A DNA stretch of 42,706 nt from Gammaproteobacteria bacterium (lineage in GTDB: Bacteria > Pseudomonadota > Gammaproteobacteria > Pseudomonadales > Pseudohongiellaceae), in contig JAESUV010000002.1 in assembly GCA_016762975.1 (NCBI GenBank), positions 1-42,706 of the forward strand. The letters run 5' to 3'. Position 1 is the stretch's first letter; every line of letters starts with the position of its first letter. Shown in pieces: positions 1 through 11,306 of this stretch. The notes under the pieces are model-generated. The model was not told the DNA's origin and ran no database searches. It was given only the letters and a program-made list of their open reading frames with translations. The translations under genes and the position numbers were made by a program.

Positions 1-1351
<1,351 letters not shown>

Positions 1352-1447
1352 TTACGTTATTGGATACACACTATATTCCTACTGTTTTTCTATGAGTTTG
1401 TTATGAAAACTAGTACTTTTATTCTTTTATCTAATATTCAATAGAGC

Positions 1448-2539
1448 TTAGTCAGTCGGAGTTTTATCGATGACACGTCCATGTTCCACGTGGAACATTT
1501 TACAACCTTCTGGCTTCCACATATCACTAATGCTGTTATGTTCAATGCTGGTAATAAATACCTGACATTTTAAATCTTCAAGCAACTGACATAGAGCAAA
1601 ACGATGTTTTTCATCCAGCTCTGAAGCTAGATCATCTACTAAGTAGATTGTGCTGCGCTCAGTCTCTTGCTGAAACAATACCCCCTGAGAAAGCTTAAGC
1701 GCGGCTACAACGACTTTTTGTTGTCCTCGCGACAAGATATCAGCAGCGTTCATATTATCGACTTTAATGCGTAACTCAGCACGTTGTGGGCCAGACTGGG
1801 TATGTCCAATCTGCAAATCTCTCTCACGCTGTTTATGCAAAATGTCGATTAAATCAGACTTCCTTTCCCAACCAGGATAGAAGGACAATTGCACGTCTAG
1901 ATTAGCATCTAATCGGTTTAAAGTATGCTGAAATACCGGGAGTAATCGCTCTATATAGGCTTTCCTTGATTCATTCACCGCGTTGGCAGCCTTAACGAAT
2001 CCTTTGTCCCAAACATCGAGCCAGTCTGGTTGTTGTTTCTTTAATACGGCATTACGTTGCTGCAGTAGTTTTTTAAACTCACGCCATTGATCCAAAAAAG
2101 AATGTTCCACGTGGAACACACCCCAATCAATAAACTGACGCCGCTCTTGTGGCGAGCCCGATAATAGCCTAAAAGTATTGGGTTCTATTATTTGTATGGG
2201 TAACCATGCGGAGGCTTCCGCTTGGGAGTGAAGGGCTTCACCATTTAGTTTTATTGCTTTGTCACCACTACGACTGCGTTGCACACCTAAACGAGCTGTG
2301 CCTAAACGATTATCCTCAATTTCAGCAAATAGTACGCACTCATCCATTTCATGTTGGATAACTGGTTTTAGCAGGTGATGACGAAAAGATTTTCCACTGG
2401 CGAGAATATACAGGGCTTCAAGCAAACTGCTTTTACCACTACCATTTTCACCGTAGATAAAATTAACCCCCAGAGCGGGGGTTAATGACAGCGGTTGCAA
2501 GTTGCGTACTCCGCTTATTTGTAGACGTTTTATCGGCAT
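1448..2539 (-). CDS. recF: DNA replication/repair protein RecF
   Basis: 363 aa with Walker A GENGSGKSS. ABC/SMC-like architecture, located between dnaN and gyrB. Confidence 0.95.
   Translation of the reverse strand: MPIKRLQISGVRNLQPLSLTPALGVNFIYGENGSGKSSLLEALYILASGKSFRHHLLKPVIQHEMDECVLFAEIEDNRLGTARLGVQRSRSGDKAIKLNGEALHSQAEASAWLPIQIIEPNTFRLLSGSPQERRQFIDWGVFHVEHSFLDQWREFKKLLQQRNAVLKKQQPDWLDVWDKGFVKAANAVNESRKAYIERLLPVFQHTLNRLDANLDVQLSFYPGWERKSDLIDILHKQRERDLQIGHTQSGPQRAELRIKVDNMNAADILSRGQQKVVVAALKLSQGVLFQQETERSTIYLVDDLASELDEKHRFALCQLLEDLKCQVFITSIEHNSISDMWKPEGCKMFHVEHGRVIDKTPTD
1482..1497. promoter_or_regulatory. parS: parS centromere-like site (ParB binding), perfect 16-bp palindrome TGTTCCACGTGGAACA
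   Basis: Exact match to the chromosomal parS consensus tGTTNCACGTGAAACa, in the fully palindromic form described for Pseudomonas. It lies inside recF, and parA-parB are present in the same window. Confidence 0.8.
2103..2118. promoter_or_regulatory. parS: second parS site, identical TGTTCCACGTGGAACA
   Basis: Identical 16-mer 621 bp from the first, also inside recF. A specific 16-mer occurring twice by chance in 42.7 kb is negligible. Confidence 0.8.
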
Positions 2540-2573
2540 AAAAACGCTGGCATAGAAAAAAGCCAGCTAGCAA

Positions 2574-3674
2574 TTACAAACGCATTGGCATAACGACATA
2601 TAACGCATCGCTATTTTCAGGCTCTTCTAATAACGCACTGCTATTAGCATCCGATAGGGTGATCTTAGCTTGGTCGCTATCAATCACACCCAAAACATCT
2701 TGCAGATAACTCACGTTAAAGCCTACTTCTAAGCTTTCTCCTTCATAATCTACAGCAATGGACTCTTCCGCTTCTTCTTGCTCTGGGTTATTAGCAAAAA
2801 CTTGCAAATTACCTGTTTTCAATAAGATACGAACACCACGATATTTTTCGTTAGAAAGAATCGCTGTGCGAGCAAATACTTGGCGTAATTCCTGACGATC
2901 GGCCAAAATAACCTTGTTACCGTTTTTCGGAATTACACGGCCATAATCTGGGAATTTACCGTCCACCAATTTAGAGGTGAAGGTAAAGTCACCCGTTTCC
3001 GCGCGAATGTGGTTCGGGCTTAAGAAAAGAGTAACGCTATCTTCAGGTGCTGTTAATAGCTTGCTTAGCTCTAAAATACCTTTACGTGGCACAATAAGTT
3101 GTAGCTGAGTTTCTGGTCCACTTGCTTCAACAATACAGGTCGCTAAACGGTGTCCATCAGTAGCAACTGAACGCAATGAAGACGCATTCACTTCTAACAA
3201 CATACCGTTTAAATAATAACGAACGTCTTGCTGAGCCATAGCAAAAGCAACGCGATCGATAACACGACGTAGCTTACCTTGTTCAATAGTAAAAGGTTGT
3301 TCACCTTCTATATCTTCGATATTTGGGAAATCTATTGCCGGCAAGCTAGATAAAGTAAAACGAGAGCGACCAGAGCGTATATTAATACGGTGTTCGTCTT
3401 GTTCGAAATCAATCATAGAACCGTCTGGTAATGAACGAACAATATCCATTAACTTCTTACCAGGAACAGTAATCTCACCTTCCATTGAAACTTCTTCCAA
3501 AGTTACACGGGCAACCAGTTCAACCTCGAGGTCGGTACCGGTTAATGATAATTGCTGACCTTTAACATCTAACAATACGTTAGAAAGTACTGGCAAGGTT
3601 TGGCGTTTTTCAACAACACCAGCAACAAGCTGTAATGGGCGCAGTAGTGCTTCCCTAGAAATTACGAACTTCAT
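2574..3674 (-). CDS. dnaN: DNA polymerase III beta sliding clamp
   Basis: 366 aa. Starts MKFVISREALLRPLQLVAGVVEKRQTLPVLSNVLL and ends ...YVVMPMRL. Positioned directly after dnaA. Confidence 0.97.
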   Translation of the reverse strand: MKFVISREALLRPLQLVAGVVEKRQTLPVLSNVLLDVKGQQLSLTGTDLEVELVARVTLEEVSMEGEITVPGKKLMDIVRSLPDGSMIDFEQDEHRINIRSGRSRFTLSSLPAIDFPNIEDIEGEQPFTIEQGKLRRVIDRVAFAMAQQDVRYYLNGMLLEVNASSLRSVATDGHRLATCIVEASGPETQLQLIVPRKGILELSKLLTAPEDSVTLFLSPNHIRAETGDFTFTSKLVDGKFPDYGRVIPKNGNKVILADRQELRQVFARTAILSNEKYRGVRILLKTGNLQVFANNPEQEEAEESIAVDYEGESLEVGFNVSYLQDVLGVIDSDQAKITLSDANSSALLEEPENSDALYVVMPMRL

Positions 3675-3693
3675 GTTTCTCCACTTTACCCAT

Positions 3694-5250
3694 CTAGGTT
3701 GTTAGTGAGCGCATTAGGTTTTTATAATCTTCCCTAATGTCCGCCATTGTTTCTTTTAATTCTTTTACCTTACGACAGCCATGTAATACGGTCGTATGGT
3801 CGCGTCCACCAAAGGCTTCACCAATTTCTGGAAGGCTATGGTTGGTTAATTCTTTACTTAAAGCCATCGCCACCTGACGTGGACGCGCAATAGAGCGCGT
3901 TCTACGCTTGGATAGTAGATCCGATAGCTTAAGTTTATAGTATTCTGCAACAGTTCTCTGAATATTATCAATACTAACCTGTCTATCTTGCAAGGCCAGT
4001 AAATCTTTCAAAGATTCTTTAATAAAAGGAAGGGTAATTTCACTACCGGTGAAATGCGAATTCGCAATCACACGCTTTAATGCACCTTCAAGCTCACGCA
4101 CATTCGAACGAATTTTCTGGGCGATAAAAAAAGCGGCATCATCCGGTAAGTGTACATTGGCCTGTTCCGCTTTCTTTAACAAAATAGCCACTCGAGTTTC
4201 TAACTCAGGAGGCTCAACGGCAACGGTTAGACCCCAGCCAAAACGACTCTTTAATCGTTCTTCTAAACCATTAATTTCACGCGGATAGCGATCACAGGTC
4301 AGAATCATTTGCTGACCACCTTCTAATAACGCATTAAAGGTATGAAAGAATTCTTCTTGTGAACGTTCTTTACCGGCAAAAAACTGAATATCATCAATGA
4401 GAAGTGCATCTAGGCTACGATAAAAGCGCTTAAATTCATTAATAGCGTTTAATTGTAACGCTTTCACCATATCTTGCACAAAACGTTCTGAGTGAACGTA
4501 AAGCACCTGAGCATTGCTGTCTTTCTGCTGCATGTGGTTACCTACCGCATGCATCAAGTGCGTTTTACCTAAACCAACACCACCGTATATAAATAGTGGG
4601 TTATAAGAACCACCGGCGTTCTCTGCAACTTGTTGAGCAGCAGCATGAGCCAGCTGGTTTGATTTACCTTCTACAAAGGTATCAAAGGTAAAGGTTTTAT
4701 TAAGAAAGCTTTGATGCTGAATGCCACCTTCGACTTGGACTTCACGTCTACCCGTTGGTTGAGCAGCAATTGAGGAACCAAAACCTGGAAATGCTGAATT
4801 AGCCGCTCTATTAACTCTAGCAACAGGTAAAGTCGCTTGCTCTATATCTAAAGAACCTTGCATCGGCGCATTAGCATCTTCTTCCTCTACTAAGTTATCC
4901 ATCACAAAAGATGGCTTTCTATTATTAGAGGCCGTTTTTAAAGGCGCAGGTTTTTTTACCGGTAACTTCGGCATTTTAGGCATAGGGGTTGGCGCCGCCT
5001 TAGCTTTTGCGCCGACTATTGTGATTTCGACTTCGATCATACGACCGTCATTGATTTCACAAACTATTTCGTGAATACGATGAAGGTACTTATCCTTCAC
5101 CCAATCTTTAACAAATCGGTTTGGCGCACGCAGCAAGATGCCGTCGCCTTCGGTTTCGACTTGTAATGGACGTATCCATGTATTGTATTGCTGTGAGGGC
5201 AGTTCATCCTGCAAATAATCCAAACAGCGTTTCCAGATCGCCTCAGCCAC
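3694..5250 (-). CDS. dnaA: chromosomal replication initiator DnaA
   Basis: 518 aa with AAA+ Walker [12 protein letters not shown]-terminal domain IV reads ...[17 protein letters not shown] long Pro/Lys-rich linker separates domains I and III. Confidence 0.97.
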   Translation of the reverse strand: MAEAIWKRCLDYLQDELPSQQYNTWIRPLQVETEGDGILLRAPNRFVKDWVKDKYLHRIHEIVCEINDGRMIEVEITIVGAKAKAAPTPMPKMPKLPVKKPAPLKTASNNRKPSFVMDNLVEEEDANAPMQGSLDIEQATLPVARVNRAANSAFPGFGSSIAAQPTGRREVQVEGGIQHQSFLNKTFTFDTFVEGKSNQLAHAAAQQVAENAGGSYNPLFIYGGVGLGKTHLMHAVGNHMQQKDSNAQVLYVHSERFVQDMVKALQLNAINEFKRFYRSLDALLIDDIQFFAGKERSQEEFFHTFNALLEGGQQMILTCDRYPREINGLEERLKSRFGWGLTVAVEPPELETRVAILLKKAEQANVHLPDDAAFFIAQKIRSNVRELEGALKRVIANSHFTGSEITLPFIKESLKDLLALQDRQVSIDNIQRTVAEYYKLKLSDLLSKRRTRSIARPRQVAMALSKELTNHSLPEIGEAFGGRDHTTVLHGCRKVKELKETMADIREDYKNLMRSLTT

Positions 5251-5319
5251 CTAACAGCATCCCTTAAATATGATAAATAGATGTAAATAGCCGTCCATTC
5301 TACCCTAATAAAAATAAAG

Positions 5320-5328
5320 TTATCCACA
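5320..5328 (+). promoter_or_regulatory. DnaA box TTATCCACA (perfect)
   Basis: Exact 9-mer consensus 70 bp upstream of the dnaA start codon. Confidence 0.75.
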
Positions 5329-5367
5329 AATAACCTCTACAGGAGCCATTAATAGGTGTAATAGTTA

Positions 5368-5376
5368 TGTGGATAA
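5368..5376 (-). promoter_or_regulatory. DnaA box TGTGGATAA (perfect, inverted)
   Basis: Exact reverse-complement consensus, separated from the box at 5320-5328 by a 39-bp gap. Confidence 0.75.
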
Positions 5377-5793
5377 CCAAGTTAAAGGTGAAGATGGAAT
5401 GTTAATAATTAACATCCAAATAAATGGGCTGTGTAAAACTCACGACTTATGCACTGATTGTTAAACACTAATACGCACGTTAAAGGACTATTAAACACGA
5501 CTTATTATTACTATAACTTATTGATTTATAAGGATTTTTACCAGTTATGAACAGAAATTAGGTTCAGTAATAGTAGTAATAAGAATAAATAAAACATTAC
5601 TTACATACATAAAACATAACCTTTAATTTATAAATCTTTAAAAGAGACGTTATTCAAAAATATAAGGATTGTGAAGATGATTAAAATAAATACAGATTGC
5701 CCATTGCGTCCAAGCTAATATTTCAATACAATCTCGGCCCTAAATTTTTAAAACCTAAATTTACACCTTGTGTGAATTAGATGAGTAATTGTT

Positions 5794-5928
5794 ATGAAAC
5801 GTACTTTTCAACCAAGCGTATTAAAGCGTAAGCGTAACCACGGTTTCCGTGCTCGTATGGCTACTAAAAGCGGTCGTCAGATTATTTCTGCACGTCGTGC
5901 CAAAGGCCGTACCAAGTTATCAGCTTAA
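5794..5928 (+). CDS. rpmH: 50S ribosomal protein L34
   Basis: Hand translation gives [44 protein letters not shown] (44 aa). This is below the ORF-track length cut-off. It is followed by rnpA. Confidence 0.95.
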   Translation: MKRTFQPSVLKRKRNHGFRARMATKSGRQIISARRAKGRTKLSA

Positions 5929-5945
5929 TATCGCTCTAGTCCGTT

Positions 5946-6329
5946 ATGAATACTTATGAATTTCCTAGATCTGTTCGCTTATTGAGCCCTGGGGATTTCT
6001 CCCAAGTATTTAATAACACTGAGTTTAAGGCCAGTAATCGATATTTGTTGGTTCTGGCTACTCCGAGTAAAAGCGGCGATTCTCGCTTAGGCTTTGTCAT
6101 AGCTAAGAAGCATGTTAAACATGCTGTTCAGAGAAATCGTGTAAAACGTATTATTCGTGAGTCTTTTCGCCTGAATCAGCATCAGATGGCTAACAATGAT
6201 TTTGTTATTTTGGCTCGTCCTGGGATCTCTGATCTTGAGAATAGCGAAATACGTGAAATGATTGATGGTCTCTGGTTCAAGCTGAGGCAATCTAATGGTA
6301 AACGATCAGACAGAAGTAAAAAACGTTAG
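5946..6329 (+). CDS. rnpA: ribonuclease P protein component
   Basis: 127-aa basic protein directly downstream of rpmH, with the conserved RNR-type region HVKHAVQRNRVKRIIRESFR. Confidence 0.9.
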   Translation: MNTYEFPRSVRLLSPGDFSQVFNNTEFKASNRYLLVLATPSKSGDSRLGFVIAKKHVKHAVQRNRVKRIIRESFRLNQHQMANNDFVILARPGISDLENSEIREMIDGLWFKLRQSNGKRSDRSKKR

Positions 6330-6597
6330 TCCGAAAGCTTTGTCTTTTGTTGCTAAGTCATGTTTATTGCTAGTTAATGCTTACCGTTACGCAATCAGTC
6401 CTTTATTTCCCAGTCGATGCCGTTATTATCCTACATGCTCTGCGTATGCGCACGAAGCTATTGTTAGATATGGTGCTTGGACTGGTGGAAAACTGGCCAT
6501 GAAACGCATTTTGCGTTGCCATCCTTGGGCAAGTCATGGTGTCGACCCTGTACCTGAACTTAACCCTTCCCACTCATGCTGTAGACGGAACTCTTAA
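6295..6597 (+). CDS. yidD: membrane protein insertion efficiency factor YidD
   Basis: Conserved YRYAISPLFPSRCRYYPTCSAYAHEAI...CHPWASHGVDPVP. It overlaps the rnpA 3' end and abuts yidC. The true start may lie downstream of 6295. Confidence 0.8.
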   Translation: MVNDQTEVKNVSPKALSFVAKSCLLLVNAYRYAISPLFPSRCRYYPTCSAYAHEAIVRYGAWTGGKLAMKRILRCHPWASHGVDPVPELNPSHSCCRRNS

Positions 6598-6599
6598 TC

Positions 6600-8327
6600 A
6601 TGGATATCCGCCGTTTTGCCATAATATTTGGCTTGGCTATTTCAACTTATTTTTTAATTCTTGCGTGGAATGACGATTATGGTCAAGACACGGTTGCTAA
6701 TGCTCCTATCGCACAAAATACGACGATAGAAGTTGGTGATTCACCAGCTGCGGGCGAAATTATTGCCGCTGGTGAAACCAGTAACAATGATAGCGACATT
6801 CCTAATGTTGTTCCTACTGCGATAGAGCCTGAAATTAAGGTCGCTGCAAGTACGCAACTTATTCAAGTTAAGACCGACGTATTAAACGTAACGATCGACC
6901 CACTTGGTGGCGAAATTGTAGAAGTTTCTTTACCGGCTTATCCTGCGGATATTGCAAACAAAGATATTCCTTTTGTTCTGATGGAAAACAATGCTCGTCG
7001 TGTTTATGTTGCACAAAGTGGCTTGTTGGACGGAAAAGGCAAGCAATGGGAAAAGTATCAAGCGTATTCAGCATCTCAAGTTAATTATCAGCTTGATGAA
7101 GCAGCCGATACTTTAACCGTAGAGCTAAGCACTCAATTAGATGACGTAGAAGTGAAAAAGATTTTCACCTTCAAGCGTAATAACTATCTTATTGATGTGA
7201 AATACCAGGTTGCTAACGGTTCAGATAGCCAATGGCGTGGTGTTTTCTTTGCTCAATTGAAGCGTGATCGTTCTGATGATCCGCAACAAGGCAGCTCAAT
7301 GGGTATGCAGGCTTATTTAGGCCCTGCAATTAGAACTAACTTATCAAAATATGAAAAAGTTAGCTTTGACGATATTGATGATAAGCGTTTAGCTGAGACG
7401 GTTGATGGTGGTTGGGTTGCGATGTTGCAACACTACTTCGTATCCGCTTGGGTTGCTAATCCTGATACAACTCACTCTGTATACGCTAAGCCAAATAAGC
7501 AAGGTGAATACATTGTTGGTTTCCATGATGGCAAAACGCCTTTAGAGGTTGCAGCGGGTGAAACAGGTACTGTTGGCGCCCAGCTTTATGTCGGTCCTAA
7601 ATCTCAATACGTACTTGCAGAGGTTTCTGAAAGCTTAGATTTAACCATTGATTACGGTTGGTTATGGTGGATCGCTCAGCCATTGTTCGCAATTATGAAT
7701 TTCATCGAATCAGGTTACATTAACTTCTTAGGTCTTGTAGAAATAGATCTTGGTGGTGGTGTTGGTAACTGGGGTGTGTCGATTATTCTGCTAACTGTTT
7801 TTATTAAGTTATGTTTTTTCAAGCTATCTGCTACCAGTTATCGTTCAATGGCGAACATGCGTAAAGTTGCTCCAAAACTTGCCGCAATTCGTGAGCAGCA
7901 TGCTGATAACAAAGAAAAGCTAGGCCAAGAAATGATGGCCTTGTATAAGAAAGAGAAGATTAATCCACTAGGGGGTTGCTTACCGATTCTTGTACAGATG
8001 CCTGTATTTATCGCTTTGTACTGGGTACTTGCGGAAAGTGTAGAGCTACGCCAAGCACCGTTCTTCTTGTGGATTAACGATCTCTCTGCAATCGATCCTT
8101 ACTTCGTTTTACCGCTATTAATGGGTGCGAGTATGTTTGTTCAGATGCAATTGAACCCAACTCCTCCAGATCCAGTTCAAGCTCGTGTTATGAAGCTAAT
8201 GCCTATTATCTTCACTGTATTCTTCTTGTTCTTCCCATCAGGCCTTGTTCTGTACTGGGTAGTGAACAACTTGCTATCGATCACTCAGCAATATGTGATT
8301 ACGAAGCAAATTGAGAATGCTGATTGA
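6600..8327 (+). CDS. yidC: membrane protein insertase YidC
   Basis: 575 aa with an N-terminal TM segment and a large periplasmic domain. The conserved C-terminal core reads ...KINPLGGCLPILVQMPVFIALYWVL...SGLVLYWVVNNLLSITQQ. Confidence 0.96.
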   Translation: MDIRRFAIIFGLAISTYFLILAWNDDYGQDTVANAPIAQNTTIEVGDSPAAGEIIAAGETSNNDSDIPNVVPTAIEPEIKVAASTQLIQVKTDVLNVTIDPLGGEIVEVSLPAYPADIANKDIPFVLMENNARRVYVAQSGLLDGKGKQWEKYQAYSASQVNYQLDEAADTLTVELSTQLDDVEVKKIFTFKRNNYLIDVKYQVANGSDSQWRGVFFAQLKRDRSDDPQQGSSMGMQAYLGPAIRTNLSKYEKVSFDDIDDKRLAETVDGGWVAMLQHYFVSAWVANPDTTHSVYAKPNKQGEYIVGFHDGKTPLEVAAGETGTVGAQLYVGPKSQYVLAEVSESLDLTIDYGWLWWIAQPLFAIMNFIESGYINFLGLVEIDLGGGVGNWGVSIILLTVFIKLCFFKLSATSYRSMANMRKVAPKLAAIREQHADNKEKLGQEMMALYKKEKINPLGGCLPILVQMPVFIALYWVLAESVELRQAPFFLWINDLSAIDPYFVLPLLMGASMFVQMQLNPTPPDPVQARVMKLMPIIFTVFFLFFPSGLVLYWVVNNLLSITQQYVITKQIENAD

Positions 8328-8378
8328 GTCTAATATCTAGAATACATTAGTATTTTAGTTAGCTTGATCGATTAAAAA

Positions 8379-8408
8379 GGCCGCCGTCGAAAGACAGCGG
8401 CCTTTTTT
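8379..8408 (+). terminator. Rho-independent terminator after yidC
   Basis: GGCCGCCGTC-GAAA-GACAGCGGCC stem-loop (one mismatch) followed by TTTTTT. Confidence 0.75.
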
Positions 8409-8416
8409 GTGGATAA
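8408..8416 (-). promoter_or_regulatory. DnaA box TGTGGATAA (perfect)
   Basis: Exact consensus overlapping the T-tract of the yidC terminator, upstream of mnmE. Confidence 0.5.
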
Positions 8417-8587
8417 AATGTAGTTAAAATAGCCATTTCAATTTAATCGACCCATGATTGTGTACTTATTCCCCAAAACGGCGTGAATACATCCGTGTAG
8501 CCTTAGGTTCGGCATCCGTGCCTCTCATATTTGCTCCACAATTACCCAAAAATGGATCTTACGCTTTTATAATCTTAGGAATATTAG

Positions 8588-10003
8588 ATGTCTGAATCAG
8601 AATCCGTACACCAAGACACCATTGCCGCTGTTGCAACTGCACCTGGTCGAGGTGGAGTAGGGATTGTGCGAGTATCTGGACCTAAGGCACAAGAAATTGC
8701 TCATGCGGTTCTAGGGTTATTGCCAAAGCCAAGATATGCCCATTACGGATCCTTTAAAGATGCAGAGGGCAATGAGTTGGATGAAGGTTTAGGTTTATTC
8801 TTTCCTAATCCACATTCCTTTACCGGTGAAGATGTTTTAGAGCTGCAAGGACATGGAGGCCCGGTAGTTTTGGATTTCATCTTACAACGCTGTGTAGAGC
8901 TTGGCGCTCGCATTGCCCGTCCTGGTGAATTCTCTGAACGCGCTTTCTTAAACGATAAACTCGATCTTGCTCAAGCGGAAGCCATTGCCGATTTGATTGA
9001 TTCATCATCTGCCCAAGCCGCGCGCTGCGCTTTGCGATCTTTGCAGGGGGTTTTCTCCGATAAAATTCATGGCTTAGTTGATCAACTTATTCATTTACGA
9101 ACCTTTGTTGAAGCGTCTATCGATTTTCCAGAAGAAGAAATCGACTTTTTAAGCGATGGAAAAGTTGCGGCCTTACTACAAAAAGTGAAAGCTGCGGTTG
9201 CTGGAGTACTACAAGAAGCGAATCAAGGTGCGATATTACGCGAAGGTATGAACGTAGTGATCGCAGGGCGTCCGAACGCAGGTAAGTCCTCACTATTAAA
9301 TGCATTAGCCGGTCAAGATAGAGCCATTGTCACGGATATTGCGGGCACCACTCGTGATGTATTGAAAGAACATATCCACATTGATGGCATGCCACTGCAT
9401 ATCATTGATACCGCAGGTTTACGTGATGCCCCAGATGAAGTTGAGCGCATAGGTATTCAACGTGCTTGGGCTGAAATTGCACAAGCCGATCGTATTTTAT
9501 TGATGATTGATAGCACCACCGATGAAACCGATCCTAAAGCGTTATTACATGCGCTTTATGATGAGCAAGGCTTAGCAAACGAAACCGAAGCTTTGATTGC
9601 CAGTGGCCACATTACAGTAATCCGTAATAAAGCAGATTTATTAGCGGAGGATCATGCCGCCGCCAAACTGGGTTTACATGATGAAGCCGATTTTCCAACA
9701 TTAGCCATTTCAGCAAAGCAAAGTTTAGGTATTAATGAACTGCGTGAACACTTAAAAGAAGTGATGGGCTTTAACTCTACGACTGAAGGTGGGTTTCTTG
9801 CTCGTCGCCGTCATATCGAAGCGCTAGAGAAAGCTCAGGATGCTATCCAAGCGGGTGAAGACCAGTTACTGGGCGCTATGGCAGGGGAGTTGTTAGCAGA
9901 GGACCTACGTGTGGCACAACAAGCGCTAGGTGAGATTACTGGTGAATTTACCGCCGATGATTTGCTAGGTAATATATTTGGTAGCTTCTGCATTGGTAAA
10001 TAG
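8588..10003 (+). CDS. mnmE: tRNA modification GTPase MnmE (TrmE)
   Basis: 471 aa. G-domain motifs [16 protein letters not shown] and NKADL; C-terminal CIGK. Confidence 0.95.
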   Translation: MSESESVHQDTIAAVATAPGRGGVGIVRVSGPKAQEIAHAVLGLLPKPRYAHYGSFKDAEGNELDEGLGLFFPNPHSFTGEDVLELQGHGGPVVLDFILQRCVELGARIARPGEFSERAFLNDKLDLAQAEAIADLIDSSSAQAARCALRSLQGVFSDKIHGLVDQLIHLRTFVEASIDFPEEEIDFLSDGKVAALLQKVKAAVAGVLQEANQGAILREGMNVVIAGRPNAGKSSLLNALAGQDRAIVTDIAGTTRDVLKEHIHIDGMPLHIIDTAGLRDAPDEVERIGIQRAWAEIAQADRILLMIDSTTDETDPKALLHALYDEQGLANETEALIASGHITVIRNKADLLAEDHAAAKLGLHDEADFPTLAISAKQSLGINELREHLKEVMGFNSTTEGGFLARRRHIEALEKAQDAIQAGEDQLLGAMAGELLAEDLRVAQQALGEITGEFTADDLLGNIFGSFCIGK

Positions 10004-10060
10004 TTAAAGCCCACAAACTATCAGCCGACATCTATAGTTATATCACCGTGATGTAATTTT

Positions 10061-10942
10061 GTGAGGTTCGCTGTGTCTGTTATTTATTCGTATCGTAATT
10101 ATCTACAAACCTTGTGTATCTTACTTACCTTGGCCTTGCTTACTGCTTGTATGGCTGAAGATAAAGATGATGATCCCGCTCCCACTCCCACCAATAGCGA
10201 AGGTGAGCCCGTAGATAATACGGCTTTGTCCTTAAATGGATTTTGGAATGGGGGCTTTGAACAAACAGATACTCTGCGAGTATTGATTTTTAACGGTGAT
10301 GTTTATGGTCTAGATGAAGATAAAGCATTTTTTGGTACCGTAGAATCTCCAGCGGAGGAAGAAGTTGATTTTTCTGTTATCGCTTATCCATTTTCTTATG
10401 AAGATGCTACTAATTTTGAATTTGTCGCCGATGGAGCTGCAACGGCCTATACCATCAATGGTTTGTTAGCGACAACCACTACTATTGTCGGTGATTTTGA
10501 AACCGATGCCGCCGAATTTGGTGCCTTAGCATTAACCAACGATCTGACCTTTAGCAATAACTCCTCCCTAACCTCTCTAATTGGCAAGTGGACAACCACT
10601 GATCTAGAAATGAATATCACCAGCCGTGGTCGTTTCCATGGGGTAAATAATGGTACGGATAAAGATTGCTCTTTTGAAGGCCAGATTAATTTAATTAATG
10701 CCGGTGATTCTTTATTAGCACTCACTCTTAACCGCCGCAACTGTGATGACTTTAATGGTGATTCGACTGGCTTTGTGGCGATTAATGGTGATGGCGAGCT
10801 AGAGCTTTATAGCAAGATGGGCAGTTCGCTATTATTCATGAAGTTTACAGCGCCTACGGCGACGGGGGGCACTGCTGATCCTGAAACACCCACAGAAGAA
10901 GATCCTACGACAGAAGAACCTGTGGAAGAAGTCGTAGAATAA
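10061..10942 (+). CDS. hypothetical lipoprotein with acidic Thr/Glu/Pro-rich C-terminal tail
   Basis: Signal peptide ending in the lipobox LLTAC. No family recognised. The tail is ...ETPTEEDPTTEEPVEEVVE. The start codon (GTG 10061) is uncertain. Confidence 0.55.
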   Translation: MRFAVSVIYSYRNYLQTLCILLTLALLTACMAEDKDDDPAPTPTNSEGEPVDNTALSLNGFWNGGFEQTDTLRVLIFNGDVYGLDEDKAFFGTVESPAEEEVDFSVIAYPFSYEDATNFEFVADGAATAYTINGLLATTTTIVGDFETDAAEFGALALTNDLTFSNNSSLTSLIGKWTTTDLEMNITSRGRFHGVNNGTDKDCSFEGQINLINAGDSLLALTLNRRNCDDFNGDSTGFVAINGDGELELYSKMGSSLLFMKFTAPTATGGTADPETPTEEDPTTEEPVEEVVE

Positions 10943-11041
10943 ATAAATTTGTGCATAACTCTGTGAGTTAGCTGTAATAACTCTGGTAGGTTTCAGGTAT
11001 AGCCTCTTAGTAAATCCTTGTATAACATTCACATAACTATT

Positions 11042-11060
11042 TTATCCACATTTATGCACA
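11042..11060 (+). promoter_or_regulatory. tandem DnaA boxes TTATCCACA (perfect) and TTATGCACA (1 mismatch) upstream of mnmG
   Basis: Sequence TTATCCACATTTATGCACA. Weaker boxes lie at about 11151 (TTGTGAATAA) and about 11201 (CTATCCACT) in the same 364-bp spacer. Confidence 0.55.
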
Positions 11061-11306
11061 GTTTTATACCTGTGCTAATCCCTTGATATATATAGGATAG
11101 CCAATTTTATAAGGTCGCCTTGATAACTTTAGACACAACCTAAAAAGAAGTTGTGAATAATAAGTCTAAATAACTGAACAAAATTTAACCATAAGGATTG
11201 TTCTATCCACTGCCTTTAGGCTCTAAATCAGGTATAATGCGCGCCATTTTTACGATTTAGTGTGTTTATTTATTGCCACTGAATCTTTTGCTCAGGCATT
11301 AAGCCA

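Larger units (their letters stand above)
5251..5793. promoter_or_regulatory. oriC: candidate oriC plus dnaA and rpmH promoter region (dnaA-rpmH spacer)
   Basis: 543-bp non-coding spacer. It has two perfect DnaA boxes in inverted orientation (5320, 5368) and degenerate boxes TTATGCACT (5447), TTAAACACT (5461) and TTAAACACG (5491). About 200 bp of very AT-rich DNA follows (5500-5700). This is the position of oriC in Pseudomonas-type chromosomes. Confidence 0.5.

Noticed and set aside
4049-5327. Track ORFs 4049-4288 (+) and 5097-5327 (-), and similar short ORFs inside yidC, mnmE, mnmG, atp genes, glmU and tns genes
   Set aside because: All are embedded in, or antisense to, strongly supported conserved genes. 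They have low-complexity or Arg/Ser/Leu-rich translations typical of off-frame reading.
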